Of a stretch of 20,000 nucleotides of DNA, positions 1 to 9,853 are shown one piece after another. The position numbers were made by a program, and so were the translations under genes. Each line of letters begins with the position of its first letter. Position 1 is the stretch's first letter. The notes under the pieces were generated by a model, which did not search any database, was not told where the DNA came from, and saw nothing but the letters and a program-made list of their open reading frames with translations. The DNA comes from Albugo candida (taxonomy: Eukaryota), in contig JBDOQK010000054.1 of NCBI GenBank assembly GCA_040437565.1, positions 231,805 through 251,804 of the forward strand, written 5' to 3'.

Positions 1-1
1 T

Positions 2-136
2 GGTAAAGGCAAGTGTGTTATGGATATTGCTCCGAGCCCAAACGATATACTGGTGTTGGGATCTTCATTCCTAAAAGCTTATTCTATCACCGTCAATACA
101 CTTGGTGAACAGAGATTGTATAGATTCTCTAAGTAA
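2..136 (+). CDS. 3' end (partial) of a pepsin-like (A1) aspartic protease
   Basis: Frame 2 from the window edge reads GKGKCVMDIAPSPNDILVLGSSFLKAYSITVNTLGEQRLYRFSK*, stop TAA 134-136. This resembles the A1 C-terminal pattern C...ILGxxFLRxY..VFD...R.GFA. It is below the ORF-track length cutoff. Confidence 0.6.
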   Translation, partial: GKGKCVMDIAPSPNDILVLGSSFLKAYSITVNTLGEQRLYRFSK

Positions 137-2421
137 CAAATTAGGTGCTAATGAGAAGAAGGCATTTCAACCCATCTTCAGGGTTTGTAGTGAAACGGTA
201 CTCTCTTAACATAGAAATGTTAAGCAATATAAACCACGACTGATTTTGATACCTATCAGTGGAGTCTGAGCTCTCCATGGCCACAATAAGCCTAACGCGC
301 AACCACTTTCAATTCCCGAGGAGGAGTAAGTGCAGACATGTACAAAGGGTCACTGCCCAATGCGATTGCAGTAGCCGCTTTCTTGGCAAGGTATCAATCG
401 AGTTTTTTTCATAACTAGAAAGACGGCATGAAATGCGTTGCCTTGCTTTTTCCGAATGTGAAAAATCAAGGCGCATTCAAGGATATGTTTCAATAGGAGT
501 AAGTTTCATGAAAAGTTGGCAATGAGGTCATTGCTCTTTATTGTCGTTGATGTCAGCTTGCACTTGATATCATCGTGATTCACTTCCGCGAATTGCAACA
601 CTCTGTGCGGTATCGCCTTGAACACTGGAAAGCAAGAAAAGATTCGCAAGAGGCCAAACTGAATGAAAACAGCAAGTGAAACGTGCAGCTGGCGGGAGAC
701 TCGATCAACAAGTGACATTTCATACGACAAGAAACCAACTTTATCCAACCTCCCAATGGTCTCAGCATCTTTTCCTGAAGGTAGCTACTTTTTCATCAGT
801 GCTCACATAATTGGTAGTGACGTTTTACTTGTAGCTTACGTCTACGTTTGTAGCGATATCGGTAAAATCTAAGGAATAAGACGCTTTTCAATTCAAATTC
901 CGTTTCATCAGAAAGCAGGAGCAGCATTTGGGCTTTTATTTGCTTGTTCTTCCGGTGCACATCCACGCTCGTGATTCTGCCCGTGAGATTCTATCCGGAA
1001 AAGCTGATTTATGAGTGTATTTGCGTCAAGTCCGACCATCCGGTACGTGTACGCCATAAGGTCGATCCGCGATGATGCATATGTGGTTTGATAAAGCATC
1101 TAATGATCTGATAATCTGTTGACATTCGATTATTCGCATCTAGAGTACGCTTTGTCTCCGTCTGAATAGATTGTAGCATCAGTGACCATTCTACGGGGCA
1201 CGGATGGTACAGCCTTTTAAACCTTCAAGTTGTTTGGTCGACCCAAGAGTACTTGTATTGATATTCCAAGTCAATTCACATTGTCATGCTGTATCTCAAT
1301 CACCGTATACATCATAAAGAAAGGACCAGCATCTTGCCTTGCATGGATTCCGCATCTATGCTTGCTGTGGTCGATATACCGCAGCCAAGGAAGATTAAGT
1401 ACCCATATGTCGAATGTACGGTTTCGGCTGAATATGCTTGTAGAAATCAGAGCGATGAGTTTTACCATGGCAATATTTATGCATAAATGCACTGGGGTCG
1501 TTCGCACACATTATACCTATGGTTCGATGGCATTTCTTCGATGACTTGGGTGTTGCTTGGTTATGTGTAGATACATCGACGAAATTAACATGATCAGTGA
1601 TAGTCAAATGTCGGAGATTTCTCAGCACCATACAAAAAAGAAAAAGCCATAAACCTATTTTCTAGGTGAATAGTTGCATCGCATCAACTGCACAGTCACC
1701 TCCTCGATACAAGACAGAAGTGATGCAAATAATACACTTGTAATCCTACTCATCTCGGTAAAGCATAACATAGGAAATGCTATCCTAAATGTGCCTTCCC
1801 ACCTTGCACCTTTCGTAGTGATTCCTTTTGACTGTAATCTTGATTCGCAACAATCCTGTTATTGTCATCCCTCTGCCTCGAAAAGTTGCTGGCTCAACTC
1901 TTTAAGCAGAACGTTGCTCAATGTATCCCTTTCCTTTTGGTTGAATCATCTCGACTTCATATACCATCATATTCAATTAAATCATGATCCGCAGGTCGGC
2001 ATAAAGATCAAGAAATATCGATGCGGTTTCTTTGATGTGCCAGCCACCATCATAATCACGCACTAGAATTCAACTCTTTGATATTGATTGTAGCAGCCAT
2101 TTGTTTGAAATTATTGTCCGCTTGACGACTGATTGCCTAGTCGATATCTGATGCCTGGCCTCTATAAAATTATGTCTCTAATTTCGATGAGTGAGATCGG
2201 CATCCAAGATTCTTGAGTGAAGGAAAACTTACTTGGTAATCCTTTCAATAAGCTTCCTAATCAAGCATTATTCTCTTTTCCGTGCTACCTCTTCCGATTG
2301 AATGCTATCAGTTATTCAAGTTTCTGTTTGCATCGGGAGTGTTACGTCATTGATCAAAGCCTAACACGAAGATTAAGTTGTCTGCCCACTATTTCATGTA
2401 TTCCACACCAAACGTATAAAC

Positions 2422-3264
2422 ATGGAGACATTAAGGAAATGTGAATCCGAATTGAATCAACATTTGATCGATTTAGAAAATTGCTTGCAGTCCAATGAGT
2501 TGGAATGCGATCTAGAATTTACGAATAAGGAAGAAAAATTACTTGAGCGTGAAATCAACAGATTAATCCGAAGCTGTGCTGATGCTACACTCAGATACGA
2601 AGAACAGTGCAAGGATAATAATATCAGAATGCAAGAAAGGGGATCGCAATCGCTCAAGAAATACGTTGTTCGAAGCAGAAAGGTACGGCCAGTAAATACA
2701 TTCTTTTCTTGGTGGCTCATCTTGCTATGGTAAGCTCTTAATGGAATATCGTTTGAAGTCAAATGCAGTCAAGCAAGAGGATACAAAGAAAAAGCTCCTA
2801 CATGTGCAAACGCCGAAAACGCAGAATGAGTACGTGAAGTGTCCCCATTTTATTTGTACAGAATTTCTGCTGACGAAGGAAGCGTAGTATGGAAAGGTCC
2901 GAGGATCCAATTAGGTTTTTGGCCTCATTGCATCGAACTCGACAAGTAATGTCGGATGAAATCCAACGCGTGACAAATGTGAGTAAATTGATGGATGATG
3001 GACGTGAAGCACTAGCAAGCTCGCATCAAGAGTACAGCAGCGTTAAGAATGAAATACAGGCAATTCGAAAACAACTCATGCATCTACAGGTAAAGTTGCT
3101 TTCATTGTATACAGTCAAGCATATCTTGATGGTACATCTAGTGGCAGACTAAGAAAGATCGACTGTGGATTGGGTCGGGTATACTCACACTCTTGACCAC
3201 ATTGATAGTTATCATCCATCAGCGTACGGGGATTCCAGTAATATCGGTATTGTTTAACCAATGA
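2422..3264 (+). CDS. SEC20: Sec20/BNIP1-type ER SNARE, 4 exons (2422-2682, 2735-2829, 2888-3089, 3142-3264)
   Basis: GT-AG introns of 52, 58 and 52 nt join the frames. The product has an N-terminal coiled coil, the Sec20-like segment SLHRTRQVMSDEIQRV...HQEYSSVKNEIQAIRKQL and a C-terminal anchor KDRLWIGSGILTLLTTLIVIIHQR. Stop TGA 3262-3264. Confidence 0.8.
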
Positions 3265-3494
3265 ATCAACTGATTCACTCGTAATCAAGTCGGCTAATTC
3301 TACTAAGGCTTTTGTTCTCTCTGATCATGATACACTTCTCTTTGTTGGCACCAAATACACCAAGGCTTTTTATCGTATATGGATGTATATTAAACCACCT
3401 AAATCGCATTGTCATAAAGAATCACGTCCGATATGTCGAGTGTTACTGTAGGACATTATAACTTCTATTTATTGATACAGCTATCGAGCTCAAA

Positions 3495-5000
3495 ATGTCG
3501 CTTCCCCGCTCTCCTTCCGCAGTCGAAGGTTTTCGTCCATTACGAGCAACGCTTTATTGTTGTTTTATCCCGTTTCATGTTTCTAGGTTTTCTAAAATTT
3601 GTGAATAGCTCACCTTCTCCATTTCATGCGGTGCAAGAAGCCATTGAAATTCTCAAATCGGCTGGATTTCAAGCAATCGCCGAAGATAAGTTACATCAAA
3701 ATGATCTGCAGCCAGGGGGCAAATATTACGTCACTCGAAACCGTTCAGCTATCGTACGGAAGTAAACTTTCGTAATCATTCTCGATGCAACTAATGCATT
3801 CTTGCCTCACCATAGATTGCATTTGCTATTGGCGGCAAGCATGAACGAAGAAATGGATTCAATATTATTGGAGCCCATACCGATAGCCCTTGTTTAAAGA
3901 TCAAGCCGATTTCAAACCTCGAGAGTGAAGGCTTTTTACAAGTTGGTGTAGAGTGTTATGGAGGCGGGTTATTCCACACATGGTTCGATCGGGACTTGGG
4001 CTTCGCTGGACGCGTTATTGTACGTGAATCAAAAAGATCCTTCAAAACAAGATTGGTGTGCGTGAATCGTCCGATTATGCGCATTCCTACACTTGCTATA
4101 CACTTGGACCGCGAAGCTGCAAATGGTATCAATTACAACAAAGAAACACATCTCCGTCCAATCTTGGCAACTGCTATTCGAGCTGAATTGGAGAAAATAG
4201 CGCATGGAGAAAAAAAAGCGAAAAAAGATGATGAAAGGCCAAAACACCACTCGATACTTCTCAATCTAATCGCCAAGGAGCTAAAAGTGAGGACAGAGGA
4301 AGTATGTGATTTTGAACTTTGTCTCTTTGATACACAGGGAGCAAATGTTGGTGGTCTGCTCAACGAGTTCATTTTTTCTGCACGGCTTGATAATTTGTGC
4401 TGTTCGTGGCTAGCGTTAAAATCACTCGTGTCATCAATAGATTCTCTGGATCAAGAAACAAACACTCGAATGATTGCTTTGTTCGACAATGAAGAAGTAG
4501 GCTCTCAGTCGAGAATGGGTGCAGGATCAGATTTTTTACAAACAGTCATGACCGCAGTAGCAGGTGAGCAGAATTGGTTTGAGGCGGCACGAAACTCGTT
4601 CTGCGTTTCAGCTGATATGGCTCATGGAGTCCACCCAAATTATTCACAAAAGCATGAGCACAATCATCGACCAGCTCTACACGCCGGACCTGTCATCAAG
4701 TACAATGCGAATCAGCGGTATGCGACTACATCTGAATCTGCATTTCTGATGAAAGAGCTTGCTCGTCGTCACGGTGTCAAGCTCCAGGAATTTGTGGTTC
4801 GACAGGACACAGGTTGTGGATCAACTATCGGTCCTATAATGTCCACTAATACTGGGATGCGAACAATTGATGTGGGTCTTGCACAATTGAGTATGCACAG
4901 TATTCGAGAAATGTGTGGAACAGATGATTTAGAGCTCGGACTGACTTGGTTCAAAGCGTTTTTCTCGGAATTCACTAATTTGAACAGTTACTTGAGTTGA
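3495..5000 (+). CDS. DNPEP: Aspartyl aminopeptidase (peptidase M18), 3 exons (3495-3528, 3587-3753, 3816-5000)
   Basis: Motifs FVNSSPSPFHAV, GAHTDSPCLK, WFDRDL, IPTLAIHL, RLDNL, DNEEVGS, SADMAHGVHPNY, CGSTIGP and LSMHSIRE. GT-AG introns of 58 and 62 nt keep the frame. Confidence 0.95.
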
Positions 5001-5622
5001 TTAGCGTAGTCAACTATTTGAAATATCACAACCTTTACATGAATGTATGGCTATCTCTTAGGCAAAGATTACACTCGAAATCATCATCGAAACAATCAGC
5101 AGCTAAAATGAGGATTTTCCTTAAAGCCATAAATCGCAGCGCCTTGTATTTAATCTATAGTGTGTGTTAAGCGGGATTGTTGACTACTCATTGTATTGTG
5201 ACTTTCATGGACTTTCAACTCTTTTATTGCTTGTACCGAAAGTACTATAATTTCTGTAAGTATTGTCAATCTGGAGGGGAAATTGGAGGATTAACTCATG
5301 ATAAATCCGCCTACACACTTTCAAGGCAGTCGTGTCATACTCTTAACATTGCCACCTGTTCAGTTTCGAATGGTTTTCTCGATCCTCGCATTCGAAATCA
5401 CACAGTCACTCGTGAGTTGCTATCCACAAGTAAAAAGTGAATCCTCATTATGACGTATCGTATTAAAAAGAAGTGTGAAATTCAGACCTAATCCCTCTAC
5501 TCCCATCGCAATTGAAACTACGGCACAAAATTTAGCTAATAATACTCTTCACGAATATCAACTTTGTTACCCACTACAGATCAATTATCGCTATAGTTTG
5601 TATATATTTTCCATTAGTGACT

Positions 5623-7122
5623 ATGACTCCCGAAGAGATTGAAGGAGGTTATAAATGCAGTTTGAAGATTGAAGAGTACAGAATCCGTAAGAAAGCAGAG
5701 TATAAAATCTTCGTTCAGCTATCATTCTTTTCTTCACGGTCACACGGGCATGGCTCAACAAGTTGGCACATTTGGCGCTCTTTTGGCAAATTCAGAAAAC
5801 TAGATGAGCTTTTACGCAAACGGAATCCGTCACACATGAAAGGGATACAATTTCCACCGCTGTATCGTCGTCGTTTGATTATACGATCGCATTTGAGGGA
5901 AGATTTTTTAGAAATGCGTATGCGAGAGCTCGATACGTACTTACGTATGGTTATTCAGAGTCCCTCAGTAGTTGCATTTCATATGAGTTCGCCTCAAAGT
6001 CAGACACTCAAGACCTTTATTGGATTTGTGAGTGGCTTTGGCATGAACGCACAGTATGAACCCTCGAACGTTCGTCCGTCAATGTCTCAACTAACAGCTT
6101 GCCCCACTATGGCATACACACAAACAGCTAGTGTTGTAGCAGACGACGATGATGATTTTCGATCGGTCGCCTCATCTACATATTCTTCTATTTCGTCTAG
6201 TTTTGGTAACTCAGCTGTATATCGGTGGTCCGGAACGGGCTTTCAAGGGTATAGTACACATCCTGAACGTATAATCAACGCCAGAAGGAATTACCATGTT
6301 TCAAGTTATTCTCATCCGTCCAGCGCCAGGTCCAGTTTTGGTCGAAACGATACGTTATCACTATCATCAAACCGAAACTTTAGTAGAACGGATGCTTACG
6401 GGGAATGTGTGGGGGAAATGACGCACGAATCAGAAGTGCAAAGAGCGAGAATGGAACGGGAATTATATAAAGTTGAATTGGTAGGTGTCGGAATGCCCCC
6501 AGATGGATCGTGTTTGCTGCATTGCATAGTCTATGAAATGTACCCATTGCAGTGCTTGAAAGATTATCCTACATCGATGACAATTGTGAATGTTGGAGCT
6601 GCTGACGGTATGGCGCCACGACGCATTGCAGCAGCCAGGTATCTCCGGGTAAAACTTATGGAATACGGTCTGAAGCACTTGAAACAACTAGCGAGTTTCT
6701 TGCATCAGAAAGAAGATGAATTGAGATTGCGATATGAGGCTTTCAGAGATATACCCGATGAACAGGCTACGACTGCCGAATTATATGCCGCTTCAAGCAT
6801 GTTCAACATCGAGATTGTGCTGATCAGTAATAACGAAAGCTTTAAAATAGAACCCGTGACCCCAATAGCAGGTCTTCCATCTTCGCGGGAAGGTACGAGA
6901 AGAACGGTCACATTTGGATACATGACTCCAAGTGACGGATTGGGTGGTCACTACATTTGCACTCGGCCCAGGCCGTATCGATTTGAAGAGTCAAATAATC
7001 CTTTCGCTGGTGGAAAGTATTGTGGTTCCATTGCAATCGGTCCCCCACGAAAAAGCTCAAACATTCGATGTGTGCCAAACAAAACATTGAATTTCGGTCA
7101 TGTCAATGAGCAGCCGGTTTGA
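5623..7122 (+). CDS. PX-domain protein with a C-terminal OTU-like cysteine protease domain
   Basis: Single ORF, first ATG at 5623. N-terminal PX-like pattern WHIWRSFGKFRKLDELL...FPP...LEMRMRELDTYL, then a Ser-rich linker, then OTU-like motifs MPPDGSCLLHC, ELYAASSMFNIEIVLIS and GGHY. Confidence 0.75.
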   Translation: MTPEEIEGGYKCSLKIEEYRIRKKAEYKIFVQLSFFSSRSHGHGSTSWHIWRSFGKFRKLDELLRKRNPSHMKGIQFPPLYRRRLIIRSHLREDFLEMRMRELDTYLRMVIQSPSVVAFHMSSPQSQTLKTFIGFVSGFGMNAQYEPSNVRPSMSQLTACPTMAYTQTASVVADDDDDFRSVASSTYSSISSSFGNSAVYRWSGTGFQGYSTHPERIINARRNYHVSSYSHPSSARSSFGRNDTLSLSSNRNFSRTDAYGECVGEMTHESEVQRARMERELYKVELVGVGMPPDGSCLLHCIVYEMYPLQCLKDYPTSMTIVNVGAADGMAPRRIAAARYLRVKLMEYGLKHLKQLASFLHQKEDELRLRYEAFRDIPDEQATTAELYAASSMFNIEIVLISNNESFKIEPVTPIAGLPSSREGTRRTVTFGYMTPSDGLGGHYICTRPRPYRFEESNNPFAGGKYCGSIAIGPPRKSSNIRCVPNKTLNFGHVNEQPV

Positions 7123-7465
7123 AATCAATCGAGTCGACATGGCACGGCGATTACCAATGTTGAAAGAGGCAGAGGTCAAGTACTTACGACTTTGTCAAAT
7201 AGCTTTATGTACTTGACCTAGTAGGTGCCGTCGGCGGATGAAAAAGCAGTTATGCCAATTTCTTGCCATTTGCTTATCAGAAAGAAAGAGGGCATCTTCT
7301 CTGTGTCGCGACACACATTGAGCCATACATTTGGATTGGATTTTTCTTATTTAAAGCTCGATAGGCCTGCTCGATGTAAGGATCAGAAATATAAAGAAGA
7401 ATGATTTCCCTCGATCTAGGCGCTTTGATATTGCTTCTTATATTTGTGGTAAAATTCCAGTAATA

Positions 7466-8943
7466 TCATTCTTCCCTCGGACAAGCTCGGTACGCCTGAA
7501 TGGGGCTACTATCGCAATCAAATCGAATAGCTTCATTTGCCGAAACCAAAAATACTTTGCCTTGTTGAATGGAGAATTCTGCAGATTCGCCACGCAATCG
7601 TCCGGTACCTTGGAGAATCAACAGAATGCTTGCGGCCTTGCGAATGGGAACATCATACGTTGAATGAGATGGTATGTCATATCGCTCGACCTGGAACTCA
7701 GGTACAATGGACGTATACAGCCGATACTTATCATCGATTTGTTGGCCTTGTTGTACTGTTGGCAGCCCAGTGCTTCATTATAAAAGTAAGAACGCATGAA
7801 ACATACATCAAGGAGACTTACGAATAGGTGAGTAATTCGCAGAGTGTTACTTTATCGACCAGTTTGCTAGTCAATGCGGCCCGTATCACATTATCGGAAC
7901 ATGCCATGCATTCAACGCAGTCTCCAGACAAGTACGCATGAGGCTCATTGGAAGCCAAAAATATAGCTTCGCCTGGTTTCAGCTCCAAATAATTCAGTAA
8001 AAATGGACAAAAGCAACCGATATCATTCGGAAAGGCTGCATGCAAACGCAATACTAATTTCTCCACCATGCTATGTTGAGACACAGAGACTGCATTGAGA
8101 CGTCCGACAATTTTGTTGACTTGAGCCTCAATGATTTGAGTATCCACATTCATGAAAGCCTCAAAGAAAATTTTCAGCGCTTCTTGATCCTTTTTTGCAA
8201 CCAATTGCTGGACGACTAAAATCAGTGAATAAGGGTAAAGCATTACCGAGCACGTAAATAAGATACGCACTTTGTGGTTGTACAAGCTCCCGGAATTCCA
8301 CTACTGTTTCCAAAAATGTACTGATCTCACTAATGTCTCGAAACTGGCATCTGCAAACAAGTCAATCAATGTCTGAGATTGGTAAGACTGCATGTATAAT
8401 CATGGACAATACAGGGCTTCAAATTGACTTAACGCGATAGCCATTTCGGGTTTATGATTGGCGTCTTTGTAGATATCTGGATGCAACGCATGTAACCTTT
8501 GTGCAGATATTTTGTCTGGGTGAATTTGTATCGAGAGCGGTTTTCCAATCGATAGAACTTTGAAAAGAAAAGGAAGATTTTGATTCGTAGAATTCCCTAA
8601 ATGACTTGGATGTTGCTGAAGCCACTCAAATAATGAGACACAAGTCTTCTCTTCAGTGTGAGCAAAGGATGGACCATTTGGGTGGGTTCCCATCCTAAAA
8701 CCATATCATAAAGACGTTTTGTTTTATTTGGGGGGTATAAGAGTGTCACAAACCATAATTCTGCATATGGAAGTTCCGCATCCAGTTCAAAGCTCGGTTC
8801 ATGAACCTTGAAGATACACTCAATACGGAATGTTGCCAATCACAGGTGGAACGCGTGATACGTACTTTTAATTGTGCCACTTTACTGGTATTCCCACGTT
8901 TTCCCCACTTATACGACTGAACAGCACATTCCAGTTCCAGCAT
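7466..8943 (-). CDS. MPI: Mannose-6-phosphate isomerase type I, 6 exons (8943-8866, 8806-8754, 8694-8413, 8350-8271, 8215-7822, 7772-7466)
   Basis: Motifs YKWGK, PYAELWMGTHPNGPS, LPFLFKVLSIGKPLSIQIHP, YKDANHKPEMAIAL and NEPHAYLSGDCVECMACSDNVIRA. Five GT-AG introns of 49-62 nt with consistent phases. The last exon ends ...AYRACPREE*. Confidence 0.95.
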
Positions 8944-9853
8944 TTGACAGTCGGATTGAGTATTTATGAGCCAATCCGGCGACTTAAGCAATCGAAAACT
9001 ATCAAAATTTTCTACAAAGGCAGCTTTTAGAGTCGCGTGATATTTCGCGTTTTGCGATACAGTACCTTTTGCTGCTGACACAACACCAAAATATTACGAG
9101 AATTATCGGGTTTGGTACCGATAACGATCTTAGTTCGGTTATAAACTCATTTTTGATTATAAAACGTCGCGCGGCAGCGCAAACTACGAACACAAGACAC
9201 AAGCGATTAACGGAAGCGGGCATTGCGTGTCTTTAGGATACCCCGCATTTATGTATATATCACAAACTAAGTATATTATAGTAATAATTAGAAGAATTAC
9301 ATCAAATTGCGTCGACTCGTTGTTCATTAAACTTGAGTAATTGGATCGCAAGTAGCTAAGCCTTTTTATGATGCGGTCCTAGAATACTGAACCGTTCATG
9401 ATTTCGAATTTTTAGCAGTTGTCAGCAATCAAGTACAGAGAGAACAAATACTTTTTTGCTGCGCACACAAATACTCGTGTCATCAAGTGTCAGGATTGAC
9501 TCGCATCAATAAACTCTGTATTTTCCATTCAATGCTCACGCGCAATCAAGTTAAGCGTAGATAAGAAAAATATTACTCACAGAATGATAGCTCTTGATGG
9601 TTGCGATTGTGATATCACTGCCATTTGGATCCCGAGAGTACTCACTCAGTCCGTTTGACATGGAAATTGGTATCTTACACTCGCCAGCAATGTTAAAGTC
9701 GAGATTATATATCGTTTGCTACAGGTTATCTAACAATAGAGAGCGCTTGTTGCTCTGTAAATATATGGTGCGAAATAACTGTTCTTCCATTCATTTAAGC
9801 GCAACTGTCGATTGCAGATTCAAGGCGAGCAGTAAGTATCTTGATTCTTGTAA

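Noticed and set aside
3433-3494. Upstream ATG at 3433 as the aminopeptidase start
   Set aside because: That frame runs through intron-like sequence. ATG 3495 plus a 58-nt intron gives a typical M18 N-terminus.
4029-4975. Short antisense or alternative-frame ORFs inside genes (also at 6463-6923, 14481-15437 and 15870-16723)
   Set aside because: Shadow ORFs of well-supported genes with no motifs of their own.
8944-9081. N-terminal extension of MPI in the ORF track
   Set aside because: It starts at a non-ATG codon, and ATG 8943 directly precedes the conserved YxWGK motif.
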